Positions 1-10,202 of a stretch of DNA of 61,316 nucleotides are shown here, piece by piece. The stretch comes from Candidatus Hodarchaeota archaeon (GTDB lineage Archaea; Asgardarchaeota; Heimdallarchaeia; Hodarchaeales; Hodarchaeaceae). Each line of letters opens with the position of its first letter. Position 1 is the stretch's first letter. The notes beneath the pieces were generated by a model, which ran no database searches, was not told where the DNA came from, and worked only from the letters and a program-made list of their open reading frames with translations. The DNA lies in the NCBI GenBank assembly GCA_016839785.1, contig JAEOTQ010000030.1:1-61316 (forward strand), read 5' to 3'. The position numbers and the translations under genes are program-made.

Positions 1-248
1 TTGCGAGTTATGGACGCGGATATTTACCACCTATGGGTTATGTTATTATCACAATGGTATTTATGCAATTTATTGGTATTTTAGGGCTTGCCTCTTATTT
101 CCCTTGGGCAATTCCAGTTCTCTATAGTGGTGCTGGAGGATCTGAAAACGCATCAGTAGGAATTATGAGCTATGTCATCCTCCTTCTAACTAGTCTTTTT
201 GGAGTAATTGGAACTTATCTATGGTGGCGGTTTGCGGATCAAACATAA
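1..248 (+). CDS. C-terminal end of a polytopic membrane protein (ABC-2-type permease-like); 5' end lies outside the window
   Basis: The frame is open from nt 3 to the TAA at 246-248. It encodes two hydrophobic helices and a WWRFADQT tail. The family call is by resemblance only. Confidence 0.4.
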   Translation, partial: ASYGRGYLPPMGYVIITMVFMQFIGILGLASYFPWAIPVLYSGAGGSENASVGIMSYVILLLTSLFGVIGTYLWWRFADQT

Positions 249-264
249 TAAGTTCAGATTCATA

Positions 265-336
265 GGTATATACTTTTCTAATCTTAACCAGCCTTTTACG
301 GAGTTTGGGAATTAGTAAATCGTGAGTATATACCCG
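265..336 (+). repeat. Dispersed intergenic repeat, copy A (one unit plus the start of a second)
   Basis: Sequence ggtatatacttttctaatcttaaccagccttttacggagtttggg, followed by gagtatataccc. It matches the consensus shared by copies B-I. Confidence 0.8.
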
Positions 337-414
337 GTTTTTTTCCATGCGCAATGGGTGCTGAGGGGGTATGATCCCTACAGATCGTTAGATGATAATA
401 AAAGAGAAGAAAAT

Positions 415-3258
415 TTATGTATTCTTCTGTCTTCTAATAACTACTACAAGACTTAATATAAATATAAGAACAGAGATTATGTTAGGGAAAGAACCTTGTT
501 TTGATGTTGTAGAAGTCGTTGTAGTTGTCTCATCTGGTAGAGAGGTTATAGGGATTGTAGTGCTAGTAGGAATAATATTTTGAACCCCAAAAATCTCATC
601 AGAAATATCTTCAGCCATCAACCCCTCTACACATATAGCTTTTACTTTAATCAAGTAATTAGAGCCATCTGCGACACTAGTAGTATTCCAAGTGAAAGTA
701 AGAGAAGTAAGACTAGTAGCTATTTCAAACCATGTGATACCATTATCAAAGGAAAAATAAATTGAGTATGTGACAATATGATTGAGTGAATCCTCCGCCT
801 CACTCCAATGTATTTGGGTACTTCCTTTAAGAATTTCTCCACCATTGGGAGAGATGATAATTGGATCTGAGAGGCTGTGAGGAACAGTCGTGATACTAAA
901 AACAGCATCGGAAATATCAACTACAGATAAACCATTCGTACAAATTGCTAGGACTTTAAGGAGGTAGCTTGATCCTTCATCTAAAGATATGAGATTCCAA
1001 TTATAATCATTTGATTTCAAGTCTGACTCAATTAAAATCCAATTAGATCCATTATTTGGAGAATAATATAATTTGTAGGTAACTGGATGATTCCACGAAT
1101 CTATTGCAGTGGTCCATTGAACTGAGACCTCCCCAGATACGATCTCTCCACCGTTAGGAAATAAAACTTGAGGGATGGATAATGCATGTCTCAGATTCTC
1201 AATTGAAAATTGGCTATTAGAATAGTCACTTGAAACTAATCCCTCTGAGCAATTCGCAACAACATAAATCAAATATTCCGTTCCTTCTGCAACTGTGTTT
1301 GTGTCCCACTCAAAACTTGTGTTTGTTAGATCAGCTTGAAGCAAGATCCATGTTGTGCCATTGTCTTCTGAGTAGTAAAGAGTATAGCTAACGTTATGAT
1401 CCCACGAATCAATGGAAGATGTCCATTGAATTGTGATTATGTCAGATAAGGTTTCTCCACCGTTGGGATATAATACAAGAGGATCAGTAAGCTTGTGGAC
1501 ATATTGTGAATATGGGACGGTTAATGGATATAGATCTTGATTATTAGCTGGGCCGTCAATAGAGTAAGGCTGATCCACTATTCGATTTAAATCATTATCT
1601 GGGCCTATCCAATCGTTCCAATAATTATTTTCAAAGATATTTTTCAAAGTTGGATTTGTTTGTGAATCATAACTTTGAGATCCCCCTGTTTGTCTATTGA
1701 AATGAAAATCATTTCTAGTCAACAAAGAATGTTCCGAGGAGTAAAGATAGATTGCATACTCACTATTGTTTTCAAAAATATTGTAAGAGAAGGAAATATT
1801 TGTAGATGATAAGATGTAACACCCATAATAATTAATGCGTATATTATTAGAGAGGAATGTGGTATTTGAAGAATATCCAATTGTACAACCAATCATACTA
1901 TTATTCACAATAGAATTTCCAATAAGCGTATTATTTTCTGAATAAGCTAGAACGATTCCTTCGCCATCAGTATTCTGGACATAATTGTCAATAAGAGTGG
2001 AAGAGTTACTATATCGAAGTAAAAAGCCGTTAAAGCTTGAATTAAAAACCTGGTTATTTTGAATCACTGCCTTATTACAGTAATCTAATGCAACTGCAAC
2101 TTCTAGATTAGAAAATTCTTGATTAATGATCGATACATCACTACAATTCACTAAGATGATCTGTCCAGCACCATCAGGAACAGTTCCCCCATTACTATTC
2201 TTCCAATATACAACTGGTTTACCGTTTACAGAATTATTGATTACAGTTGTTTGAAAAAGGTGATTAAGTTGGTTTCCAATAATCCGTAATCCGAAATATG
2301 TGATTTCATTATCTTTAAAGCTATTTTTGGGGGAAGAGTCGATAAACATCCCCCTTCCATTCTGAAGAATCCTATTACTCTCCATGGTATTATTACTGGA
2401 ATTTGTCAGTCGTATGCCAAATTCACCGTTCTGGTCGATTGTATTTCTAACAAAAAGATTGTATTGGCAATTAGAGGAAACATAAATACTATACCCGTGA
2501 TCAATGATAATATTATCAGAAACAGTATTATTATTTGAGGAGGTGAGTATTGTTGCAAATCGACCGTTGCTAGTGATATTATTGGATGAGAGAGTGTTAT
2601 TATTTGAAGATGAAAGTGATATACCTCCATCTCCATTATCTAGCAAATGGTTGGAATGGATAGTAATGTTTCTTGAGTTAGAAAGAGTTATCCCATATTC
2701 ATCATGACTATTAATTGTATTATATAATATTTCATTATTCGAGCAAGAGTTTAAAACAATCCCATCACTTTGTCCAAAAACTCCAAGACTATAACGAATA
2801 GTGTTGTTTTGAATTAATGCATTAGTGACATTTGAGAGAACTAAACCATAACTACCCCCCTCAAAGATACAAAAAGAGAGGTTGAAATAGAGATTAGTAT
2901 TTCGGATCTCTACAAGTGGGAATGCGAAGGAACCTGTACTCTTAGTAATATTAAGTTCAGTAATGATATATGGGGATCCTAAAGATCCGTTCCCCGGCCA
3001 AGATTCATTTTGCGCTAGAGAATGAAAGGCTCCATTACCATCAATGTTTATTGGGTCACGTTCAGTTAATGAAAAATGAGGGTTAATATTGATCACTTCG
3101 CCTCCCTGAGAGAATTCATCTTCAGTTAAATGATAAGATATGAAAATATTAAATAGAGATGCAATCAGAATCGAGCCTACTACTCCAAGTATTAACAGTA
3201 ATGGTGAAATGTTTTTTTTCTGAATGGTATTTAAAAATAAATTTTGTCCTGGTTTCAT
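415..3258 (-). CDS. Cell-surface protein: N-terminal signal anchor, right-handed parallel beta-helix (PbH1/NosD-like) repeats, three tandem ~100-aa Ig-like repeats, Thr-rich stalk, C-terminal TM anchor
   Basis: 947-aa ORF. It has many N-rich ~22-aa beta-helix repeat units (SNNxIxxN-type). The tail reads TTTTTSTTSKQGSFPNIISVLIFILSLVVVIRRQKNT. N-x-S/T sequons are abundant. Confidence 0.85.
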   Translation of the reverse strand: MKPGQNLFLNTIQKKNISPLLLILGVVGSILIASLFNIFISYHLTEDEFSQGGEVININPHFSLTERDPINIDGNGAFHSLAQNESWPGNGSLGSPYIITELNITKSTGSFAFPLVEIRNTNLYFNLSFCIFEGGSYGLVLSNVTNALIQNNTIRYSLGVFGQSDGIVLNSCSNNEILYNTINSHDEYGITLSNSRNITIHSNHLLDNGDGGISLSSSNNNTLSSNNITSNGRFATILTSSNNNTVSDNIIIDHGYSIYVSSNCQYNLFVRNTIDQNGEFGIRLTNSSNNTMESNRILQNGRGMFIDSSPKNSFKDNEITYFGLRIIGNQLNHLFQTTVINNSVNGKPVVYWKNSNGGTVPDGAGQIILVNCSDVSIINQEFSNLEVAVALDYCNKAVIQNNQVFNSSFNGFLLRYSNSSTLIDNYVQNTDGEGIVLAYSENNTLIGNSIVNNSMIGCTIGYSSNTTFLSNNIRINYYGCYILSSTNISFSYNIFENNSEYAIYLYSSEHSLLTRNDFHFNRQTGGSQSYDSQTNPTLKNIFENNYWNDWIGPDNDLNRIVDQPYSIDGPANNQDLYPLTVPYSQYVHKLTDPLVLYPNGGETLSDIITIQWTSSIDSWDHNVSYTLYYSEDNGTTWILLQADLTNTSFEWDTNTVAEGTEYLIYVVANCSEGLVSSDYSNSQFSIENLRHALSIPQVLFPNGGEIVSGEVSVQWTTAIDSWNHPVTYKLYYSPNNGSNWILIESDLKSNDYNWNLISLDEGSSYLLKVLAICTNGLSVVDISDAVFSITTVPHSLSDPIIISPNGGEILKGSTQIHWSEAEDSLNHIVTYSIYFSFDNGITWFEIATSLTSLTFTWNTTSVADGSNYLIKVKAICVEGLMAEDISDEIFGVQNIIPTSTTIPITSLPDETTTTTSTTSKQGSFPNIISVLIFILSLVVVIRRQKNT
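577..1482 (-). repeat. Three in-frame tandem ~300-bp coding repeats inside the surface-protein gene
   Basis: The peptide units start LVLYPNGGETLSDIITIQWTS..., VLFPNGGEIVSGEVSVQWTT... and IISPNGGEILKGSTQIHWSE... Each is about 101 aa. Confidence 0.75.
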
Positions 3259-3733
3259 TTTAATCCCAAAATAAGTTCAAAGAAAGCTTTTAGCAATACT
3301 ATTCATAAAATTTAGATAATAGGAAATTAAAATTTTAAAAGTATATGGTTGTCGACTATCGTTGAAAGTACTTTCAAATATGGCCAAAAATAGCCAATTA
3401 TTTCTTATTTTTACTCTTCTATTCCCCCCCAGTTCGAAAATCTCCCATTATTTAAAATGAAATATAAAACACGTCTATTCGTAAGATTTTACAGAGGAAT
3501 AATGTTTTAACCAACGAACAGAGACATTTAAGCAGAAGAATTCTATGAAAAGTCTTTTTTCCAACGGTAAACGACGATTTTTGCATATTCCAATGAAATA
3601 ACTTAAAATTGTCTTGAAAGCCACCATTGATAGGATAAAAACGAATATAAAGTCAAGCTTAGTTATATGAATTGTTACAGACCTATTTGTGGTTGAAGTT
3701 GTCTGAGATTAAAATGCTAATTTTCAAATTTAC

Positions 3734-3792
3734 GGTATATACCTTTGTAAATACTTTTCCTATCTAAACCGGCCTTAGGTTCGGATTTGGGG
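3734..3792 (+). repeat. Dispersed intergenic repeat, copy B
   Basis: Sequence ggtatatacctttgtaaatacttttcctatctaaaccggccttaggttcggatttgggg. Confidence 0.75.
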
Positions 3793-3868
3793 TCACCAAT
3801 GTCGTTTATCCAACGATTGATACATTCCTGGATAATGATTAGAAAGATAAACAACTATTCTTAATTAT

Positions 3869-4183
3869 TCAAGTATCCAATTTTTCTATTTTAAAACAAA
3901 CAGGTCGTATTCCATCAGGACATGTTGCATATATCGTATTCTGTCCTGTCCAATCTGGATAACCATTACCATTTCGCAACATCCATAATTCTTTAAAAAT
4001 TCCATACCAAGCATGTGGACAGAATCCTTTTGGTACAGACAAGATTTCATCAACTGTGAAAACTTGATTTTCTTCGACAAATCCACATTTCTTAATTGGT
4101 TCTCCTGATTCTCGAATAAAATCTTTTCCAATAACATCTTTTGGCTCAAATACTTTAGCAACAGTAATCCTATAACTTATCAT
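3869..4183 (-). CDS. TIGR04076-family small Cys-containing protein
   Basis: The motifs KKCGF...PKGFCPHAWYGI...ATCPDGIRPVCFKIEK are typical of TIGR04076. I prefer the ATG at 4183 because it follows taggaggagtttcttc (SD-like). The ORF track starts at 4216. Confidence 0.75.
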   Translation of the reverse strand: MISYRITVAKVFEPKDVIGKDFIRESGEPIKKCGFVEENQVFTVDEILSVPKGFCPHAWYGIFKELWMLRNGNGYPDWTGQNTIYATCPDGIRPVCFKIEKLDT

Positions 4184-4278
4184 GAAGAAACTCCTCCTAA
4201 TTGATTCAAAAACCAATTATTCAAGTTGGATTTTCAATCTTTTTTAATTGACAAAATCCTTAATGATGGATCCTTAAA

Positions 4279-4326
4279 GGTATATACCTTGATATATACT
4301 TTTGTTATCTAAACCAGCCTTTTACA
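4279..4326 (+). repeat. Dispersed intergenic repeat, copy C
   Basis: Sequence ggtatataccttgatatatacttttgttatctaaaccagccttttac. Confidence 0.8.
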
Positions 4327-4586
4327 TCACAAAGTGGATTTATTTTATCAAACTAGAGGGGGGATAAGCTAATGCGCGTTTAAAAATACCCTCTTCCTTT
4401 TTCGTTGTAGGTTTACAGTAATTGGCGCTAATGCTTTTAATACCTCAACTGTATTTCCTGCGGAACAATAGAAATCACAAGATTAGTGCCATTATCTTAA
4501 AGTTATTAACAGAAACTAAGTTTTTCTTAATTTGAAACATAAAAATCAGTTGAACTTTCAATAATACATTAACTACTGATTTAAGG

Positions 4587-5507
4587 TTGAATTTCATGTA
4601 TGAATTCCTAAGCTCATTCAAACAAGGGGTAGATCTATGGAGAAAAGCTAGATTTCAGCAAAGTGTGGGAATAATCCTGCTATTATTTACTGTAACCCCA
4701 ATTATCTCGATTATTGGAATTTTGCTCATAATATTGGTATCCAACATGAATATTGATCAATCCAGCCTCAAATCTGTGTTTATTTTGATACTTTCGAATC
4801 CGCTTTTTCTTCTTTTGATCTTTCTTCTACTTTGTGTGGGACTGTTTTTTGTGTTAATTCTAGTCGCTATGGTTCAAAAAATAGCTCACAACCATGCTTG
4901 TGGAAGTTTTTCTCGTTTTAAAGAGATTTTCAATTTAGTTATTTCAAAAAGTCTTCATCTCTCTCTTGTAGGGATGACAACAATATTAATTGCAGTAATT
5001 CCAATGCAATTACTGGTAATGGTATTAGTTCCGATAAAAGCAGCTGCACCCTCAATAATAAGTTCTAGTAGTATAGACTTAAATTTAGTATGGGATTTAT
5101 TTGAAGCTATTGTATTTTCTTTTATTTTTGCTCTGGTTGCGTGTGCAGGTTTTTTATCAATTTCTGCAATTATAATTGATGAAGTTGATCTAACTGCTTT
5201 TATTACTGGTTGGCGCCTCTTTTTAAAAGCTCCAGTATCGGCCTTAGGTTCGATGCTCATAATATGGTTGAGTTACCTTAGCGTTTTTCTATTTGGGAGA
5301 TTTTTGTTGTTAGAAATCTTATCAATTTTCATTTCTGATGAATTAGTGGTCTTTTTTGCTTTTTTGCTTTCAATATTGATTTTATTGTTTTTCGCACTAT
5401 TTGTACTCAGTCCTTTGTTCTTTACAATAATGTATTCAGTTTATTGGAATAAATATCGAAAGAATATCTCCACAACAGGAAAACCCCCCATGGACGACGT
5501 TCGTTAA
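4587..5507 (+). CDS. Polytopic membrane protein, unknown function
   Basis: 306-aa ORF with a TTG start and about 7 hydrophobic helices. I recognise no motif. Confidence 0.6.
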   Translation: MNFMYEFLSSFKQGVDLWRKARFQQSVGIILLLFTVTPIISIIGILLIILVSNMNIDQSSLKSVFILILSNPLFLLLIFLLLCVGLFFVLILVAMVQKIAHNHACGSFSRFKEIFNLVISKSLHLSLVGMTTILIAVIPMQLLVMVLVPIKAAAPSIISSSSIDLNLVWDLFEAIVFSFIFALVACAGFLSISAIIIDEVDLTAFITGWRLFLKAPVSALGSMLIIWLSYLSVFLFGRFLLLEILSIFISDELVVFFAFLLSILILLFFALFVLSPLFFTIMYSVYWNKYRKNISTTGKPPMDDVR

Positions 5508-5668
5508 AGCGTTAATTTTCTCCAGAAGCATTGATTTTCGAAAAAAAATGCTTAATATTTTCCAATTTAGCTTTAAAATGAGTTTTGTGAGTGATACAGA
5601 AATTGTAATCTCGAATACAATCCATGCGAGGAGGAAAGCAGCCAATTTAAACTTTTTCTTCAAACGTT

Positions 5669-7021
5669 TTAATCAGAAAAGCATTTTCGAAAGCGTTCAT
5701 TTAGATTCGGGATATTTAGAAAGAAATAATAATCGTAAAGAAGCTCAATTATCGTAAGCCAATCATTCCAAGAATAATAGTGCAGTATCTCGTATGCCTT
5801 CCGATTTTCTTGAAGTTTTAGCTTTTTGATTAATTCTCTATCTCCATGATATGATGTAAATGCACGAAATTCATGAAAACATTTTTTATCAATTTTAGGA
5901 TGATCTGGGTGGAGAAATTCTAGCATTTTTACTAATGAATCAAGTAACCATTGACGTTGATCTGTTTCCCATTCAGGGTCAAATTCACCAATATAGTTGA
6001 TATTTCTACTTATTGGTCCGTAGAGCTTTTGAGTAGTTATATTTCCTTGAATAACACGGTAACCCATTTCAATAATTAGGTTGGCATCTTTAAGAGCTTT
6101 GGTGTAACGATATATGGTTTTCTCTGTTTTTGGTATTGATGCTGCTTTATTATATTTTTCTGTAAGTTCTTTTATTGTCATAGGTCCATCTTGTAGGACG
6201 TGAAAAAGTGGAATATAGGATGATTTCTCTAAATAGTGATGTCTTGGGTCATTTGGTGATAATCCATACCAAAATTCTGGAAATTGCTTAATCACATTTC
6301 GGTATTTCCCAATTTCCTCTTCCTGTTTTTTTCTATCAATGGTAGGACGATGTTCAGTTTGACTTATTTTAGAGTCGCTAAAACACTTTAAAAATTTCTC
6401 TTGAGCTCCCGCATCCTTTAGAAGAAACGATTCCCAGCCTAGAAAAGCAATAATATCATTAAAACTATATGGTGTCCAGATAGATAATATCTCTAATATA
6501 TCTGTATTTTCTGAACTAATTAATCGCTTTTTATCTTCTTCTATACTTTCTATTAACTGTTTATGCCACTTACTTAGAGCTTGCTCGTCAATCTTTTTAT
6601 TAGGGTAAATCAAGTTTAAAAGATTTATCAATTCTTTGAATATCATCTTTCCACGGTTTTCTTTCCCTCCCTCGTCCACAATGAAATAATTTGCTGTGAG
6701 GGAATAAAGAGTCTTATTGTGTACCTTCCCTTCTACAACTCGCTTTCCAGCTTCTTGAACAATGTTGTTCAATTTTAGCAATGTTATAAAACGATAAATC
6801 GTGGTTTTACTGCTTGCTTTCGCAATTTCCACTAACTTTGTATATTCTTCTGTTAAATCTTTAATTGTCAGTGGACCTTTTTGATACAGAATCTTCAGAA
6901 GGTTTAAGTAACGGGGATTACGGAGGATTTGAATTTGGTCTGGATTCAAAATAGTTTTTACTAGTTCTGGTTCGATAATAATAATATCCTGATATTTTTC
7001 TTTTGAAGAATTGATTTTCAT
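5669..7021 (-). CDS. Transcriptional regulator with two winged-helix (ArsR/TrmB-like) modules
   Basis: There is an internal duplication. LKILYQKGPLTIKDLTEEY...TIYRFITLLKLNNIVQE parallels FHVLQDGPMTIKELTEKY...TIYRYTKALKDANLIIE. Confidence 0.65.
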   Translation of the reverse strand: MKINSSKEKYQDIIIIEPELVKTILNPDQIQILRNPRYLNLLKILYQKGPLTIKDLTEEYTKLVEIAKASSKTTIYRFITLLKLNNIVQEAGKRVVEGKVHNKTLYSLTANYFIVDEGGKENRGKMIFKELINLLNLIYPNKKIDEQALSKWHKQLIESIEEDKKRLISSENTDILEILSIWTPYSFNDIIAFLGWESFLLKDAGAQEKFLKCFSDSKISQTEHRPTIDRKKQEEEIGKYRNVIKQFPEFWYGLSPNDPRHHYLEKSSYIPLFHVLQDGPMTIKELTEKYNKAASIPKTEKTIYRYTKALKDANLIIEMGYRVIQGNITTQKLYGPISRNINYIGEFDPEWETDQRQWLLDSLVKMLEFLHPDHPKIDKKCFHEFRAFTSYHGDRELIKKLKLQENRKAYEILHYYSWNDWLTIIELLYDYYFFLNIPNLNERFRKCFSD

Positions 7022-7303
7022 AGGCTTTTACCTGAATTAAATCTACTATCCTTGTAACCGGTTTGAGACCTCGTACGGTTTAGAAATGAGTTAAATTAGT
7101 TATATTCTCCATTACAGATGGAAATAAATAGATTCCTAACTCCACTATGAGATACAAAGCATTTGTCTTTTAATATCTTCTATAAGAATATTATTTACCT
7201 ATTATCTCATCTATTTCCTTTATTATTACTTATCCACAAATACTTTTTATACTTATATTAATTGGCCTGCCCATTTCATAAGATATATATATTATTCTAT
7301 GAA

Positions 7304-7321
7304 ATGAATTAATTAATTCAT
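7304..7321. promoter_or_regulatory. Perfect 18-bp palindrome ATGAATTAATTAATTCAT in the divergent regulator intergenic region (candidate operator)
   Basis: The sequence is its own reverse complement. It lies 24-41 nt upstream of the 7345 start and is flanked by the repeated ATGAAATGA. Confidence 0.3.
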
Positions 7322-7344
7322 GAAATGAGATAATTAATGAAATT

Positions 7345-7611
7345 GTGAGTTTTTCAATCATGTCTAGTAAAAATTTAGTAGATAAGAAATTGGTAAACAG
7401 TTTAACTCCCTCAGCACAATTGGTGTATAAAACGCTACAATTGAACAAGAAAATGTATGTAGGGGATCTTATATCCAAAACCAGTTATTCGCCACGAACC
7501 ATCCGGAATGCTCTTCGCCAATTGAAGAATGTTCATCTGGTAATTCAAGTTCCTGATATGATGGATCTACGTCGACATCATTATGCTATCAACACGAACA
7601 TCGCATTTTAA
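7345..7611 (+). CDS. Small winged-helix DNA-binding protein
   Basis: 88 aa. LVYKTLQLNKKMYVGDLISKTSYSPRTIRNALRQLKNVHLV reads as an HTH plus wing. The start is GTG 7345 or ATG 7360. Confidence 0.6.
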   Translation: MSFSIMSSKNLVDKKLVNSLTPSAQLVYKTLQLNKKMYVGDLISKTSYSPRTIRNALRQLKNVHLVIQVPDMMDLRRHHYAINTNIAF

Positions 7612-7711
7612 GATAACAGGGACAACAGAAGGCAGAATGAAATGATTAAAATTGTTACAATGAAGAGTATCTCGATCTCAATTATGAACTAAAAAATAGA
7701 GGTGGATTAAA

Positions 7712-8629
7712 ATGGTTTATTTAAAAAAATCAACGTTTATAGAAGCTGAAACAAGACCTTCTATACTTTCTGGACATCCTTGGGTAAGTATTATGGTATT
7801 TGCAGTACTTTTCTTGGGTTCAGCCATCATATCAAAAATATTCTTTCAATGGTTATCATTGATGGGACTAGTAATTAATCCAATAAGTGAAACGATCATT
7901 GGATTTATAATGGGTATTGTCGTTTTTTTTGGAATAGTACCTTATATTCTAGGTTTACCAAAAGGAAAAATGTCTTTACGGAGATTTTCATACACAATTG
8001 GAATTCGTAGACCTAAATCATCAATCAAACTCCTCATAGTCTTCCTACCATGTATTGTTATCCTATTCTCAAGTTGGTTGCTAGCGTCATTTATTCATAA
8101 TTACCTAGTAATTGGATGGGATCTTAATTACTTTCTAATGAGACTATTAGATTTTTCACGCGCCCTTCCTCCTAAAAACTGGGCCATAATAACAGCTATT
8201 GGATCTATATTTGAAGAAGTCGTTTTTCGAGGGATTTTCATCACAATGCTCTTGGAAAAATACTCCGAGCGAAAATCCATTGGAATGTCTGCAGGTGCAT
8301 TCGGAGTAATCCATCTGATGAATTTGTTAAATGGTCCTTTAACGGCCGACTTATTCCTTGAGGTAGTTGTCCAAATTCTTTATGCAACTTCATATGGTCT
8401 ATTTTATGGTTATTTGTTCATCAAAACGGGTAATTTAATTCCAAATATGGTGTTACATTATGTAGGTAATGGTTTTATAAGTTTCTGGTGGTTTACTCCC
8501 GATGGTCCTTACGCTTTTTACCTATTACTGATGCTCATATTTTATATTGGACCATTTCCCACTATTTTGTCAATTATTTGGGTTAGATACTCCACACAAT
8601 GGTATTCAGGAAAAATTGGGGAGATTTGA
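7712..8629 (+). CDS. CPBP-family intramembrane glutamic endopeptidase (CAAX protease / Abi family)
   Basis: All three motifs are present: FEEVVFRG (EExxxR), FGVIHLMN (FxxxH) and LHYVGN (HxxxN). The protein is polytopic. Confidence 0.85.
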   Translation: MVYLKKSTFIEAETRPSILSGHPWVSIMVFAVLFLGSAIISKIFFQWLSLMGLVINPISETIIGFIMGIVVFFGIVPYILGLPKGKMSLRRFSYTIGIRRPKSSIKLLIVFLPCIVILFSSWLLASFIHNYLVIGWDLNYFLMRLLDFSRALPPKNWAIITAIGSIFEEVVFRGIFITMLLEKYSERKSIGMSAGAFGVIHLMNLLNGPLTADLFLEVVVQILYATSYGLFYGYLFIKTGNLIPNMVLHYVGNGFISFWWFTPDGPYAFYLLLMLIFYIGPFPTILSIIWVRYSTQWYSGKIGEI

Positions 8630-9181
8630 GTGAAGGATAGTACAAGCATTAGATCAATAAAAGGGAAATTTAAAACATTGAAAACCATCCTTTTTAGGTG
8701 GGGATGGGGCGTGTTATTTTTAGGTGAATTACTACTAGGAGAATTTTTTGTTAACTACAATAAAAACGAGCTATATTTTGTGTTTGGTTTTTTTTTCTTA
8801 ATAATGGGGATTTTGTTCGTACCTCTACCTTTCATACTTTTTCCTTCAAAAGGTAACGTACCAGAAGGTGGAAGATTTTTCCATACAACGGTAATTGTCG
8901 ATTCAGGTATCTACGGATTGGTTAGACATCCTCATAATCTTGGGTGGGCATTTCTTATATTTTCTTTTGTCCTCATAAGGCAACATTACGTAATCACAGC
9001 TTTAGGAATAATAGCATTAATTTTATTGTATCTTATGACAAAAGAAGAGGAAAGAGATCTCTGTGATAAATTTGGATTGGAGTATAAGCAATATATGAAG
9101 AAAGTACCTAGATGGAATCTCCCACTGGGTATATTCCAATATTTCCTCAGAAAAACTAGGGATTCTACTTCAAATCCCTAA
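8630..9181 (+). CDS. Isoprenylcysteine carboxyl methyltransferase (ICMT/Ste14)-like membrane methyltransferase
   Basis: The motifs GIYGLVRHPHNLGW...EEERDLCDKFGLEYKQYMKKVPRW are present. The GTG start directly follows the CPBP stop. Confidence 0.8.
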   Translation: MKDSTSIRSIKGKFKTLKTILFRWGWGVLFLGELLLGEFFVNYNKNELYFVFGFFFLIMGILFVPLPFILFPSKGNVPEGGRFFHTTVIVDSGIYGLVRHPHNLGWAFLIFSFVLIRQHYVITALGIIALILLYLMTKEEERDLCDKFGLEYKQYMKKVPRWNLPLGIFQYFLRKTRDSTSNP

Positions 9182-9187
9182 AACGCG

Positions 9188-10198
9188 GTGAACTTTATGA
9201 ACTTTAGACGGAAAATCTTAGGATTAATCATATTATATTTAGTAAGCATTCCCTTGACAAGTGTTCTTGGGTGCACGATATTTACAATTACTTCCTCTGA
9301 AAATGTGTATTTTGGAAATAATGAAGATTATATCAATCCGAATACTTATCTAATGATTCGTCCTTCTTTCGACGCTGATGAGTATGGGGGAATATATTTT
9401 GGTTTTGATGACTTATTCATGCAGGGTGGGATCAATACCTACGGTTTATGCTTTGACACAAGTAGTATTCCATCTAAATCCTTAGCCCCTCATCCAGAGC
9501 GTCTGACCCCATTAGAATGGGTTGTTTCTTTAGCGATGAAGAAATGTGTCAATGTCTCGGAAGTTATAGAACTTGTCCAAAGATACGATTGGTATCAGAT
9601 GCATATAGCAATGCGATATCAAGTGCATTTTGCTGATGCCTATGGGGATGCAGTGGTTATTTCCCCTAATATGGAAGGAGAATTAGCTTTTACACGAAAA
9701 ATAGCTGGAAATGGCTATTTACTGTCGACCAATTTTAATTTAGCGACTGGAAATAATACTGATTGCTGGCGTTATAACACAGCAGCTTCAATGTTGGATA
9801 CCGTTGATTCTGAGGATGAATTAAATATCGAATTTTTTAGAGATGTCTTACAATCAGTCCATCAAGAAGGTAGCGGAGTGAATACCCTCTATTCGAATAT
9901 TTTTGATTTAAAAAATAAAATTGTTTATCTTTACTATTTTTCACAATTTGACGATGAAGTAGTGCAACTCAATGTGATTGAAGAACTCGATAAGGGTATA
10001 TCTGCAAACATAGTCCTGAAAAATCTTTTTTCTCAAGAAGTGGTTAGAAAAGCAAAAGTAAAATATGAATTAAATCAATGTATGCCATTTATAGCAGAAT
10101 TATTTTTCCTAGGGACGGTGATACTAGATTTAATCTGTTTTTCTTTTATACTGATTAATCTTCATTCAAAATTCAACAATTATAGAAAAAGAAGGTAG
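9188..10198 (+). CDS. Ntn-hydrolase of the choloylglycine hydrolase / linear amide C-N hydrolase type, with signal peptide and C-terminal TM anchor
   Basis: A signal peptide is followed by GCTIFTI...NNEDY, a nucleophile-Cys signature. The C-terminal helix reads FIAELFFLGTVILDLICFSFILI. Confidence 0.65.
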   Translation: MNFMNFRRKILGLIILYLVSIPLTSVLGCTIFTITSSENVYFGNNEDYINPNTYLMIRPSFDADEYGGIYFGFDDLFMQGGINTYGLCFDTSSIPSKSLAPHPERLTPLEWVVSLAMKKCVNVSEVIELVQRYDWYQMHIAMRYQVHFADAYGDAVVISPNMEGELAFTRKIAGNGYLLSTNFNLATGNNTDCWRYNTAASMLDTVDSEDELNIEFFRDVLQSVHQEGSGVNTLYSNIFDLKNKIVYLYYFSQFDDEVVQLNVIEELDKGISANIVLKNLFSQEVVRKAKVKYELNQCMPFIAELFFLGTVILDLICFSFILINLHSKFNNYRKRR

Positions 10199-10202
10199 CT
10201 AA

